The notes below the pieces were generated by a model that was not told where the DNA came from, made no database searches, and saw only the letters and a program-made list of their open reading frames with translations. From positions 642,806 through 706,805 of the forward strand of contig CAVVOF010000003.1 of NCBI GenBank assembly GCA_963749905.1: DNA of 64,000 nucleotides, read 5' to 3'. This document shows, piece after piece, positions 50,238-60,124 of this stretch. Position numbers and translations under genes: made by a program. Every line of letters starts with the position of its first letter. The stretch's first letter is position 1. Origin of the DNA: an uncultured Actinomycetota bacterium. Its GTDB lineage: Bacteria > Actinomycetota > Actinomycetes > S36-B12.

Positions 50238-51410
50238 CTAGGGCAGGGGCAGCCAGGCGACGCGACCACCGGCGGGCGTGACGCCCTCGGGCACGATCGC
50301 GAACCCGCGCGACTGCGCCAGGCCGCGGAGCATCGCCGACCCGCCATAGGGCGACAGCGTGAAGCAGCCGTCCTGCAGCACGCCAGCGATCAGCCGGGTG
50401 TGCCCGCTGGGCGCACGAAGCTCCTCCACGGTCGGCACCCGTGACAGCTGCGCGGCCGTGCGTCCGAGCATGGCGTCGATCACGGGAGCGGCCAGGGTGG
50501 CGAAGCCCACGACAGCGGAATGCGGGTTGCCTGGCAGGCCCACCAACGGAACGGAACCAGCGCCCACCGGAAGGCTGGCCAGCAGCATCGGGTGCCCGGG
50601 CCGTACCGCCACGTGATCCACGACCAGCTGACCACCGAGAGCGTCGATCGCACCGCGTACGTGATCGCGCGGGCCCTCAGCCGTTCCACCGGTCGTGATG
50701 ATGAGGTCGGCTCGTCCCGCGGCCAGCGCGAACGCTGCGATGACGTCGTCGAGTCGATCCCCCACCCGACGATGCTCGTGGGCCTGCGCCCCCGAACGGT
50801 CCAGCCACCCGGGCAGTTGCGGTCCCAGCGAGTCGCGGACCCGACCGTCGCGGGGGATGCCGCGCTCCTGCAGCTCGTCGCCGAGGAGGATGAGTTCGAC
50901 ACGCGGTCGTCGCGTGACCGCCACGGTGTCGTGCCCGGTGGCGGCGAGGAATCCGGACATCGCCGGGGTGACCTCGGTGCCCGCCAGGGCGATCAGCTCG
51001 CCGGTGCGGCACTCCTCCCCGCGTCGACGGATGTCCCCGCCGTCCGCGACGGGACCGGTGACGACGCCGTCCGCGACGTCGGCCGCCTCCCACCGCAGGA
51101 CACCGCGGGTGCCCTCGGGGACCACTGCCCCGGTCGCGATGCGTGCGCAGGTGCCCGGCTCGAGTCGACCGGGCAGCGGACTCCCCGCCGCGATGTCGCC
51201 CACGATCCGCCAGGGTCCGTCACCTGCCAGCGCCCAGCCATCCATCGCCGAGGTGTCGAAGTTGGGCAGGTCGCACAGGGCCAGCACATCCTCCGCGAGG
51301 ACGCGCCGATCGCTCGCGGCCACGTCCACGGACTCGGGCTCGAGCACTCGTCCCAGGCTTGCGGCCGCGGAATGCGCGGCCCACCAGTCCGCCTCGTGCA
51401 GGGCCGTCAT
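50238..51410 (-). CDS. moeA: molybdopterin molybdotransferase MoeA
   Basis: FDTSAMDGWA, IITTGGTAEGPRDHV and VRPGHPMLL...GLPGNPHSA motifs. Confidence 0.9.
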   Translation of the reverse strand: MTALHEADWWAAHSAAASLGRVLEPESVDVAASDRRVLAEDVLALCDLPNFDTSAMDGWALAGDGPWRIVGDIAAGSPLPGRLEPGTCARIATGAVVPEGTRGVLRWEAADVADGVVTGPVADGGDIRRRGEECRTGELIALAGTEVTPAMSGFLAATGHDTVAVTRRPRVELILLGDELQERGIPRDGRVRDSLGPQLPGWLDRSGAQAHEHRRVGDRLDDVIAAFALAAGRADLIITTGGTAEGPRDHVRGAIDALGGQLVVDHVAVRPGHPMLLASLPVGAGSVPLVGLPGNPHSAVVGFATLAAPVIDAMLGRTAAQLSRVPTVEELRAPSGHTRLIAGVLQDGCFTLSPYGGSAMLRGLAQSRGFAIVPEGVTPAGGRVAWLPLP

Positions 51411-51458
51411 GCCGCTGACCTCGATCCGCCTACGCGGGCGGCGCCCGCACCCGTGAGA

Positions 51459-52424
51459 CTACTTCGGGGAATCCGCGGGCTCCGAGTCACGCTTGATCTC
51501 GCCGCCCGTCGTATCGAAGTCGGCGAGCGGCTCCTTGGCCGGCCAGCGGATCAGCAGGGTGATGCCCACGACGAGGATGATCACGCCGGCGATGACCTCG
51601 ATCAGCTGGATGGCCGAGCCCTGCGCGAACTCGACGATGCTCCCGCCGACCTCCTGGATCAGGATGAAGAACGCCATGACGAGCACGAACCACCCGAAGC
51701 CCTTGCGGAGCCGATCCGGATGCACCCGGCCGGAGATCACCGCGCCGATCACCGCACCGATCACCGCGAACACGGTGACCAGGAGCGTGACCGTCCAGTT
51801 GATCTCGGTCTCCGGGTTCATCGCCACCAGTCCACTGGGGCCGCCGAAGGAGACCGCGTAGCCGACGAAGCCGGCGCTGGACTTCATCATGACGACGAGG
51901 AGTGACGTGCCGACCGCCGCCTGCATCGGCAGGCCGCCGAGCAGCACCAGCGCTGGCACCACGAGGAAGCCGCCGCCCGCGCCCACGATCCCCGTCACCA
52001 GGCCGACGATGAATCCGTCGAGCAGGATGCGGAAGAGCGGCAGTCCGGCGTGCGCCTTGCCCTCGACCTTCTTCCGCCCGCGGATCATCGCGATCGCGGT
52101 GGCGCCCATCATCACGGCGAACGCGGCCAGCAGGAGGGCGCCCGGCAGCCGGGCACCGATCTGTCCGCCCGTGAAGGCACCCACCATGCCGGCCGCACCG
52201 AAGATCAGGCCGGTCCGCCAACGGACCCGGCCGGCACGCGCATGCTGGATCAACCCGAAAGCCGACGTCACCGCCACCACGAACAGGCTGGCCGCGATCG
52301 CCTGCTTGGGATCGAAGTCCATGACGTACACGAGCATCGGCGTCGTGAGGATGGATCCGCCGCCGCCGAGCAGGCCGACGGCCATGCCGATCACGATGGA
52401 GAGCGCGGCGGCGAGCCAGAGCAT
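51459..52424 (-). CDS. TauE/SafE-family exporter
   Basis: 321 aa with [16 protein letters not shown] and [15 protein letters not shown] repeats. Confidence 0.85.
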   Translation of the reverse strand: MLWLAAALSIVIGMAVGLLGGGGSILTTPMLVYVMDFDPKQAIAASLFVVAVTSAFGLIQHARAGRVRWRTGLIFGAAGMVGAFTGGQIGARLPGALLLAAFAVMMGATAIAMIRGRKKVEGKAHAGLPLFRILLDGFIVGLVTGIVGAGGGFLVVPALVLLGGLPMQAAVGTSLLVVMMKSSAGFVGYAVSFGGPSGLVAMNPETEINWTVTLLVTVFAVIGAVIGAVISGRVHPDRLRKGFGWFVLVMAFFILIQEVGGSIVEFAQGSAIQLIEVIAGVIILVVGITLLIRWPAKEPLADFDTTGGEIKRDSEPADSPK

Positions 52425-52466
52425 CAGTTCAGTCCGTTCGGGTCGAGGGGAAGTGGCAGGGGACGC

Positions 52467-55361
52467 CTACTGCTGGGGGAACTGGCCGTCGACGTAGTAG
52501 GCCTGCAGCTGCGGCATGACGGGGCGCATCATGAACATCGGTCGACGCAGGCCGTCCTTGTTCGGTCCGGGACGCGTCCACGACATCCACTCGCGGTAGA
52601 CCTCGCGCGACTTGGCCGTGTCGACGACGACGTCGCCGTACTTGTCCTCCTCGTGCGCCTTCTCGACCTTGACCCGCTGATGCCAGCAGTGCATTCCGGA
52701 CTGGGTGTCCGGATGGACGGGGAAGGCCAGGTTCTGGTGAACGCCCGGGTCCTCCCAGGTGATGCGCATCGAGTCGGCGTCGTCGCTCACGAACGGGCGC
52801 ACGCCCTCCTTGTAGCGCAGGCGCCATCGCCCGTCGTCCATCTTGCTGACGTCGACCTTGCCGGACACCCAGCGGCTGCCGGCGTCGTCCGTCGTGCGCC
52901 ACCGCCCCATGTGGTGGGACAGCGCGATCACGCCGGGCTTGATGCCCTCGGTCGCCCAGATGCGGGCCACGAAATAGCCGATGTCCGTGTTGACGCGGAC
53001 CATGTCGCCGGTCTGCAGGCCGAGGCGCTTGGCGTCGACGTTGTTCATCCACACCGGGTGCTTGTTGCTGATCTCGTTCAGGTACTTGGCGTTGCCCGAG
53101 CGCGTGTGGATGAGGGTCGGCAGCCGGAACGTCGGCACCAGCGCCATCTCGCCCTTGCTGTGATCCATGTCGTGGTGGATGACATGGCTCGGGATGTAGC
53201 AGGGGATCGCGTACTCCGGCCAGCCGAACTCGGCGATCGACGGAGAGTAGAGCTCGAGCTTGCGCGACGGCGTGAGCCACCCGGCCACCTCGGAACCGTC
53301 CTCCAGCACGACGCCCACGGCGCCGGCCTCGCCGACCAGCGGCTTCTGGGTCTCCCCCGTCACCGGCTTGCGCAGGACGCCGTTCTCGTCGGCGACCGCT
53401 CCCTCGCGCTCGGCAGGGGTGAGCGGGCGCTCGTCCTGGCGGTAGAGGTTGTTGACGATCTCCACCGCGCCGTACTTGCGCATGTACTCGAGCGGGGTCA
53501 GGCCCTCCTTCGCCGCCTTGTCGGGCAGACCGGGCACCTGGTTCTCGAAGATCCAGCCGTAGTACTCGTCCACGGTGACCTTCTTGCCGGGCTCACCCGG
53601 AGTCTCGAAGTACTTGCGGATGCCGAGGGAGCCGTCGGGATCGATTCGCCAGGACAACTCGATCCAGAACTCGGTCTCCTCCCAGACCTCCCCCGGGTTG
53701 GACTCCCGGGTGTCGGTGATGTTCTCGCCCATCTTGTTGAGCGCCACCCGACGGACCGGCTGACGGAAGCCGAGCCACTTGCCCGCGTACTGCTCGTACG
53801 ACTGCGTGTCGTGGCGCTCCGTGCTGTGACCGAAGGGCAGCACGTAGTCGGCGAAGATCGCGGTCTCGTTCCACGTCGGCGTCATCGCCACGTGGCAGCC
53901 GACCAGGTTCTCGTCGGACAGCGCCTCGATCCACGTGAAGCCGTCCGGGTTGGTCCACACGGGGTTGTAGACGCGCGAGAAGTAGGTGTCGATCTTGCCT
54001 CGGCCGTCAAGCAGGAAGTGCGGAAGCAGGATGGACAGCTCGTTGGTGGACATCGGGAACTCGGACGGCCAGAGCAGCTCGTTCCACGAGTTGTGACCGC
54101 CCGGCATGCTCGGGCCGTGCGGGATGAACTTGTTCCAGCCGTTGGGGCTGGTGCCGCCCTTCTCGCCCACACTGCCGGTGAGGACGGTCAGGAAGAACAG
54201 CGCGCGGGCGACGGCCCAGCCGCCGAGGTTGCCGGCGGTGGCGGAGCGCCACGTGTGCGCAGCGAGCTTGCGGTCGCAGCCCGCGACGATCTCGGCCACC
54301 CGCTCGATCTGCGCGGCCGGCACGCGGCACTCGTCGGCCGCGAACTCGAACGTGTACTGCTGGTAGTCCGCGGTGAGTGCAGCCTTGAAGGCGTCGAAGT
54401 CCTTCGGGTCCTGGTCGGGGTGCAGGGCCTCCATGTAGGTGGACCAGTTCACCCAGCGGCGCAGGTAGTCCCACTGCACAGCGTCGGTGCGCATGAGGTA
54501 CGCGGCGATCGCCAGCAGCATCGCTGCCTCGGTGCCCGGCCAGGGCGACACCCACTCGTCGGCGTGCGATGCGGTGTTCGACAGCCGCGGATCGACGACG
54601 ACCAGCCGGGCGCCGCCGTGGACCTTGGCGTCCATGATGCGCTGGGCGTGCGGGTTGAAGTAGTGACCCGACTCGAGGTGAGCGGACAGCAGCAGGATCA
54701 CCTTCGCGTTGGCGTGGTCCGGCGATGGGCGGTCGTAGCCGCCCCACACCGAGTAACCGAAGCGGGCACCGCCTGAGCAGATGTTCGTGTGCGTGTTGTT
54801 GCCGTCGACGCCCCAGGTGAGCAGGACGCGCTCGATGAAGCCGTCCTCACCGTGGCGGCCGACGTGGTACATGACCTCGTTGCGACGGTCCTCCTGGATG
54901 GCCTTGCGGATCCGGCCGGCGATGTCGTCCATCGCGTCGTCCCAGGACACCCGCTCGAACTTCGCCTCGCCGCGCTTGCCGGCCCGCTTCAGCGGGTACA
55001 GGATGCGCTCCGGGTCGGAGGTCTGGTTGATCGTGGCCGGGCCCTTGGCGCAGTTGCGACCGCGCGAACCGGGATGCGCCGGGTTGCCCTCGACCTTCAC
55101 GACCTCCTTGGTCTCCTTGTCCACGTACGCCAGCAGGCCGCACGCCGACTCGCAGTTGAAGCAGGTGGTGGGGACGAGCATGTAGTGCTTCTCGACCTTG
55201 CGGGGGTGCGCCTTGGCGTCGTACATGACGACGTCGTCCCAGGTGTCGACCGGCGGGTAGTTGGAGACCGTCTCCCGGATCCGAAGGCCGTGGGCCTCCG
55301 GTCGATCCGCGGCGACCGGAGTCGCGGCGGGCCCGCGGGAGGGAGTGGAGCTCTTGGACAT
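52467..55361 (-). CDS. molybdopterin (bis-MGD) oxidoreductase catalytic subunit, Psr/Phs/Soe-type, no Tat signal
   Basis: 964 aa with the N-terminal FeS motif [11 protein letters not shown]...GRNCAKG. There is no twin-arginine motif in the first 60 aa. The ORF is intact over 2.9 kb. Confidence 0.9.
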   Translation of the reverse strand: MSKSSTPSRGPAATPVAADRPEAHGLRIRETVSNYPPVDTWDDVVMYDAKAHPRKVEKHYMLVPTTCFNCESACGLLAYVDKETKEVVKVEGNPAHPGSRGRNCAKGPATINQTSDPERILYPLKRAGKRGEAKFERVSWDDAMDDIAGRIRKAIQEDRRNEVMYHVGRHGEDGFIERVLLTWGVDGNNTHTNICSGGARFGYSVWGGYDRPSPDHANAKVILLLSAHLESGHYFNPHAQRIMDAKVHGGARLVVVDPRLSNTASHADEWVSPWPGTEAAMLLAIAAYLMRTDAVQWDYLRRWVNWSTYMEALHPDQDPKDFDAFKAALTADYQQYTFEFAADECRVPAAQIERVAEIVAGCDRKLAAHTWRSATAGNLGGWAVARALFFLTVLTGSVGEKGGTSPNGWNKFIPHGPSMPGGHNSWNELLWPSEFPMSTNELSILLPHFLLDGRGKIDTYFSRVYNPVWTNPDGFTWIEALSDENLVGCHVAMTPTWNETAIFADYVLPFGHSTERHDTQSYEQYAGKWLGFRQPVRRVALNKMGENITDTRESNPGEVWEETEFWIELSWRIDPDGSLGIRKYFETPGEPGKKVTVDEYYGWIFENQVPGLPDKAAKEGLTPLEYMRKYGAVEIVNNLYRQDERPLTPAEREGAVADENGVLRKPVTGETQKPLVGEAGAVGVVLEDGSEVAGWLTPSRKLELYSPSIAEFGWPEYAIPCYIPSHVIHHDMDHSKGEMALVPTFRLPTLIHTRSGNAKYLNEISNKHPVWMNNVDAKRLGLQTGDMVRVNTDIGYFVARIWATEGIKPGVIALSHHMGRWRTTDDAGSRWVSGKVDVSKMDDGRWRLRYKEGVRPFVSDDADSMRITWEDPGVHQNLAFPVHPDTQSGMHCWHQRVKVEKAHEEDKYGDVVVDTAKSREVYREWMSWTRPGPNKDGLRRPMFMMRPVMPQLQAYYVDGQFPQQ

Positions 55362-55401
55362 CTGCTGGCGTCCTTTCCTGGACGGTGCGTCGGGGACGGT
55401 C

Positions 55402-56944
55402 TTAGGAGAGCGGCGGATCCTGGCCAGCCATCACGAAGACCCGCTCGTGCAGCACCAGGGCGGGCTGGACGATCAGGCCGGCGATGATCGCCAGGCCGCT
55501 GGCCGCGCCGAGGCCGGTGGCCAGGGCGAGCGCGCCGCCGATGAGCGGACAGCAGAACGGACCCGAACCAGAAGGTCTTCGAGTAGCGACCGCTGGTGAT
55601 CGCGTGCGCGGCCACTTCAGCGTTCCGGGTCGAGTGCTTGCCGCCGAACTCCACCGCGGTGATGAGCAGGTGCGCCACCACGCCGGCGACGAGCGCCCAC
55701 GACAGCCAGGTGACGGTGGCATCGTCGGGCTGGAAGATCGGCGACAGCAGGAGCAGCACGCCCGCGCCGACCATGACGGCCTGCGCCTGCAGGTGCCAGA
55801 ACAGGACCGGCGACTGCCAGAGATCCCGGCCCTCTGCCTGCCCGAAGAGGAAGGCGGTGTAGCCCGCCAGCATCACGGCGGACGGGATGGCGAGCCAGGC
55901 CAGGACCGTCAGGGCGGACGCGAAGTCGCCCATCTCGAGCTCGGTGGCCACGCCGGCGAGGAACCACAGCCCCCCGACGATGGCGGCGATGGTCAGGAAG
56001 ATGCCGCCGATCGCCAGCCACGATCTCCTGTTGATCATCGCCGGGTTGAAGAGGAACCAGAACCGGTCCGGGCGCTTGAGGTCCCAGATCAGGAGAACCG
56101 CGGTGACGAGCAGGAAGAGCTCGGTCAGGAAGGGCGCCACCGCGGTGACGAGCAGGGTTCGATCTGTCGTCAGCAGGAGCAGCAGGGCGCCGATGAGGAG
56201 GGTGCCCGCCGCGATGGACTTCGTCCACAGGTAGGTCCAGACCTTCCAGCCCCACGGCCGCGGGTGCGCGGTGTTGTAGGTCAGCCGGGCGCCGGACACC
56301 GGGTCGCCCGGCAGCTCGGCGGCGGTCTCGAGGCGCAGCGGGTCCGCGTTGGCCCACAGGTAGGTGCCCTCGACCGGCGCCGCGAGCGGATCCAGCACGG
56401 TCTGGTCCGCGCCGACGTAGTACACGTTCGGCCGGGTGCCCTGCTCGGGCGTCCGCACGTTGATCGGCGTGATGCTCAGGAACTTGCTGATACCGCTTGT
56501 CGGGTCGTCGATGTCGCCCATCCAGATGGACTGGGTGGGGCACACCTGGACGCACGCCGGTTCGAGGCCGACGTCGATGCGGTGCGCGCAGAAGTTGCAC
56601 TTCGCGGCGGTATGGGTGTCGTCATCGATGTAGATCGCGTCGTACGGACAGGCCTGCATGCACGTCTTGCAGCCGATGCATCGCTCATTGTCGAAGTCCA
56701 CGATGCCGTCGTCGCGGATGAACAACGCCTGCGTCGGGCATGCCTTGACGCAGGGCGCGTTCGTGCAGTGATTGCACCGCATGACGCCCATCTCGCGGGT
56801 CGTGGTCGGGTACTCGCCCTTCTCCACGTACTTGACCCACGTACGGAACTTGCCGACTGGAACGTTGTGCTCGGTCTTGCAGGCGACGGTGCAGGCGTGG
56901 CAGCCGATGCACGTCCTCTGATCAATGGCGAAGCCATATCGCAC
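55402..56944 (-). pseudogene. 4Fe-4S ferredoxin subunit fused to NrfD/PsrC-type membrane anchor, frameshifted near 55541-55552
   Basis: N-terminal CIGCHACTVACK, CNHCTNAPCVKACP and CIGCKTCMQACP clusters, then about 8 TM helices. The last ~50 aa (LIGGALALATGLGAASGLAIIAGLIVQPALVLHERVFVMAGQDPPLS*) are in the next frame. 1543 nt is 3n+1. Confidence 0.8.
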
Positions 56945-56950
56945 TGAGGA

Positions 56951-57181
56951 TCACTTCTTCCTGATGTAGAACTTCAGAACGTTGCCCTCTTCACTCGATT
57001 CAAGCAGTTCGTTTCCGGTTTGGCTCGCCCACGCGGGGATGTCCGAGCGGGCGCCGGCGTCAGTGGCCATGACGAGCATGACGTCGCCGGTGGTGAGCTG
57101 CTTCGCGGCCTTCGCCGTCATGAGCACGGGCATCGGGCAGCTCTTGCCGGTCGCGTCGACCGTGGTCGTGACGTTCTCCAT
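56951..57181 (-). CDS. tusA: TusA/SirA-family sulfurtransferase
   Basis: 76 aa with the active-site motif DATGKSCPMPVL. AGGAGG RBS. Confidence 0.85.
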   Translation of the reverse strand: MENVTTTVDATGKSCPMPVLMTAKAAKQLTTGDVMLVMATDAGARSDIPAWASQTGNELLESSEEGNVLKFYIRKK

Positions 57182-57210
57182 TGTTCCTCCTGGTGGATGG
57201 TGAGGCCGAG

Positions 57211-57708
57211 CTAGATGAACAGGCTGATCTGGGACTTGGACATCTTTCCGAGGGCGGTGGCGGCACCGACCGGCTCACCGAGGTCGGGCAGCATCTGGTC
57301 GGCGCGGATGCCGAGGAGGTCCATGGTCATCTGACAGGGCCAGAGCTTGACGCCCATCTCCTGGCACATCTCGAACAGGTCCTCCGGCGGCAGCAGGCCG
57401 TTCTTGTTGGCCACCTTGCGCATCATCCAGCGCCCCATGCCGCCCATGTTCATCTTGGAGAGCTTGGCCTTCTTGAAGCCGGGCGGGTTCATCCCGCCCA
57501 GCATCTTGGTCATCGCGTCGTGGCCGATCTTCTCCCCGTCGCGCACGAGGGGGAAGAGCCCCCAGAAGGTGAAGAAGACGGTGACGTCCATTCCGCTGGC
57601 GGCCGCGGTCGAACTCAGGATCATCGTCGGCCACAGCTTGTCGAGATCTCCGCTGAACGCGATGATCGTCATGGACTCTTCTGGCGACTCAGGCATCGCG
57701 TCTGACAT
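57211..57708 (-). CDS. DsrE/DsrF-like family protein
   Basis: MTIIAFSGDLDKLWPTMILSSTAAASGMDVTVFFTFWGL...KLWPCQMTMDL. ATG at 57708 after GGAAGGGG. Confidence 0.8.
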   Translation of the reverse strand: MSDAMPESPEESMTIIAFSGDLDKLWPTMILSSTAAASGMDVTVFFTFWGLFPLVRDGEKIGHDAMTKMLGGMNPPGFKKAKLSKMNMGGMGRWMMRKVANKNGLLPPEDLFEMCQEMGVKLWPCQMTMDLLGIRADQMLPDLGEPVGAATALGKMSKSQISLFI

Positions 57709-57758
57709 GGGAACCCCTTCCGGCTCTCGGAACCGTAGAGGCTTGAGCACTTCCAATC

Positions 57759-57782
57759 AAGGGTTTTCCGCGAAAAACCCTT
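57759..57782. promoter_or_regulatory. 24-bp near-perfect palindrome AAGGGTTTTCCGCGAAAAACCCTT
   Basis: 11 of 12 symmetric pairs, flanked by TTCCAATC / TTCCCAATC direct repeats. It lies in the 184-nt divergent region between the dsrE-like and rhodanese-MBL genes. Confidence 0.45.
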
Positions 57783-57818
57783 CCCAATCCTCAATTTGTG
57801 CATTAGCGTCCGCGAATA

Positions 57819-57855
57819 TGTCGATCTGCGCATCGACAGATGGATACCCATCCAT
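57819..57855. promoter_or_regulatory. two adjacent small palindromes TGTCGAT-N6-ATCGACA and ATGGAT-N4-ATCCAT
   Basis: At 57819-57838 and 57840-57855, in the lower-GC divergent promoter region. The second ends 37 nt upstream of the ATG at 57893. Confidence 0.35.
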
Positions 57856-57892
57856 TCCGATAGGAAAGCAGTTCCGCCGACCAGGAGGCACG

Positions 57893-59029
57893 ATGGCACG
57901 AGTAATCACGTCCCGTGATCTGTACGACGAGATCGAGGCCGGCACGGTGCCGTTCATCCTCGATGTCCGCAACCAGGACGAGTTCGCCGCCTGGCAGATC
58001 GAGGGGCCGAAGCCGGTCGAGATGAAGAACCTGCCCATCTGGATGGCCGTGGAGCAGATCGAGGACCTGGCGCAGGAGATGCCGGACGGCTCGGTGGTCG
58101 TATGCGCTCACGGCAACGGCAGCGACCTGCTCATCGACATGCTCGAGGACGAGGGCAAGTCCGTGCGGAACCTGGACGGCGGCACAGCGGCCTGGGCTGA
58201 GCTCCTGGTGCCTCGGCGGCTGCCCGACCTGCCAGACGGACTGATCGCCTGGCAGGTGCAGCGTCCGTCGAAGGCGTGCATCTCCTACGTGATCGGCGTG
58301 CCCGGGCGCAACGCCATCGTCGTGGACCCCGCGCGCTTCCCCCAGCCGTACATCGATCTCGCGGCGAGCGAGGGCATGACGATCACGCACGTCATCGACA
58401 CCCATGTGCACGCGGACCACATCACCGGCGGCCCGGAGCTGGCCGAGGCGGCCGGCGCCACCTACCACGTCCCGATCGAGGACACCGGCAAGGCGCCCAC
58501 CCCCTTCGCCAACGAGCCACTGGCCGACGGAGCGGAGATCGACCTCGGCGACGCCACGGTCCATGTGCTGTCCATCAAGATGCCGGGCCACACGCCTGGA
58601 TCGACGTGCATCAACCTGCCCGGCAGCTTCCTGCTCACCGGCGACACCGTCTTCGTGCGCGGCGTGGGGCGACCAGACCTCACGGGCCGGGCGGAGGAAC
58701 TGGCGACCGAGCTCTACCACACCGTGCATGAGCGGCTCCAGCCGCTCGATCCGGCCACCATGGTGCTGCCCGCGCACTGGTCGTTCCCGAACGAGATCGG
58801 CGAGGACGGCCTGGTGCGCACGGACCTCGGGACCGTGTTCGAGAACACCCTGCTCAGCGAGGCGGACATGGCCAAGTTCATCCAGGAGGTCATCACCTCG
58901 CTGCCCAGTGCGCCGGACACCTACGACACCATCCGACTGGTGAACTCGGGCCGCAAGGACGCCACCGCAGACGAGATCGAGTTCCTCGAGATCGGCAAGA
59001 ACCAGTGCGCGGCCTCCACCACCACCTGA
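57893..59029 (+). CDS. rhodanese domain fused to MBL-fold persulfide dioxygenase-like hydrolase
   Basis: N-terminal rhodanese with VVVCAHGNGS. The MBL motif is VIDTHVHADHITGG, with MPGHTPGS. AGGAGG RBS. Confidence 0.85.
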   Translation: MARVITSRDLYDEIEAGTVPFILDVRNQDEFAAWQIEGPKPVEMKNLPIWMAVEQIEDLAQEMPDGSVVVCAHGNGSDLLIDMLEDEGKSVRNLDGGTAAWAELLVPRRLPDLPDGLIAWQVQRPSKACISYVIGVPGRNAIVVDPARFPQPYIDLAASEGMTITHVIDTHVHADHITGGPELAEAAGATYHVPIEDTGKAPTPFANEPLADGAEIDLGDATVHVLSIKMPGHTPGSTCINLPGSFLLTGDTVFVRGVGRPDLTGRAEELATELYHTVHERLQPLDPATMVLPAHWSFPNEIGEDGLVRTDLGTVFENTLLSEADMAKFIQEVITSLPSAPDTYDTIRLVNSGRKDATADEIEFLEIGKNQCAASTTT

Positions 59030-59103
59030 CGAGTGGGGGCGCGCACGTCCCCGGCTGGACAACGTAGGGTCATGGCGGACCTGAGCAGCGGAAGGGAGGG
59101 CCA

Positions 59104-59448
59104 GTGGACCGAGAGACGTCGCTCGAACTGCACGAGCTGCACGCACGGATCTGCAAGGCGATCGCCGATCCGAAGCGACTGCTGATCATCAGCGAACTCC
59201 GCGACGGTCCCAAGACCGTGGGCGAGCTGGCTGTCGACCTCGAGCTGTCCCAGTCCAACACCAGCCAGCACCTGGCGATCCTGCGCGAGCGGGGGCTGGT
59301 GGAGGCCACCAAGGACGGGTCCAGCGTGTACTACTCGCTCACCAGCAAGAAGGTGGTCAAGGCGATCGACCTGCTCCGGGAGTTCATGGTCGACCAGCTC
59401 GGCGACCAGAGCCGCCTGGGTCGGGCGGCCACGCGCGCAGCGCGATAG
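59104..59448 (+). CDS. ArsR/SmtB-family transcriptional regulator
   Basis: ICKAIADPKRLLIISELRDGPKTVGELAVDLELSQSNTSQHLAILRERGLV. Only one Cys (C17). Confidence 0.85.
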   Translation: MDRETSLELHELHARICKAIADPKRLLIISELRDGPKTVGELAVDLELSQSNTSQHLAILRERGLVEATKDGSSVYYSLTSKKVVKAIDLLREFMVDQLGDQSRLGRAATRAAR

Positions 59449-59473
59449 GCGGAAGCGTCAGCCCTGGGGGGTG

Positions 59474-59854
59474 TCAGCCCTTGGGGGGCTCGCCGATGAC
59501 GACCCCCTGGATCACGTCGCCCGCGCCCGGCGCCGGCTCGGCGCCGTCCTGCGCGTCGAGGTAGTCCTCGGCGCTGGAGAGCAGGGCGGCCACGGCCATC
59601 GCGGCCAGGGCGAGGTCGTCCGCGATGCCGAACGGGCCGAGCAGCAGCTCAGGCAGGACGTCCACGGGTGAGACGACGTAGGCGATGCCCAGGACCCCGG
59701 CGAGGATGCGCCCACGAGGCGCCCCCGGCCACCGACCGGTGACGGTGTCCCTCAGCATCGGGATGACGGCGCGCAGGCGCTGGGTCAGCGGATGCCGGCC
59801 GTTGCTGGCCCGCACCGCACTCGCCACCGTGGTGGCTCCACGAATCACGCCCAC
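59474..59854 (-). CDS. DUF1232 (YkvA-like) membrane protein
   Basis: ILAGVLGIAYVVSPVDVLPELLLGPFGIADDLALAAMAV is the DUF1232 core. Confidence 0.8.
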   Translation of the reverse strand: MGVIRGATTVASAVRASNGRHPLTQRLRAVIPMLRDTVTGRWPGAPRGRILAGVLGIAYVVSPVDVLPELLLGPFGIADDLALAAMAVAALLSSAEDYLDAQDGAEPAPGAGDVIQGVVIGEPPKG

Positions 59855-60029
59855 GTGAGTCTCCTTCGTCGCCGGGCACGTCTCTCGGTGTCAACCCGCG
59901 GGACGCGCACGACATTCCGACGCGGCTGGCTCCCCGGCCGTTCCCGACAGCGACGAGGCATGGCAGCGAGGAATGGCGTCCGCGACCGGGACAACTGCGC
60001 GATCCGCCCCCTCTCCCGGCCCCGGATTG

Positions 60030-60060
60030 CTCGTTTCTCCCGCAATGCGGGACAAACGAG
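60030..60060 (-). terminator. 31-nt hairpin CTCGTTTCTCCCGCAATGCGGGACAAACGAG (possible terminator, no U-tail)
   Basis: 15-bp arms with one mismatch, about 65 nt downstream of the stop at 60125. Confidence 0.3.
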
Positions 60061-60124
60061 TGAAGACGGGGTGGATTGGGGGGCGGATCGCGTGGTTGTC
60101 CCAGAGTTGCCGAGAGTCCGAGCG

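Noticed and set aside
59457-59488. Tandem duplication GTCAGCCCTGGGGGG / GTCAGCCCTTGGGGGG spanning the stop codon of the DUF1232 gene.
   Set aside because: It is a short local slippage-type duplication in a 3' region, and I can infer no functional consequence.
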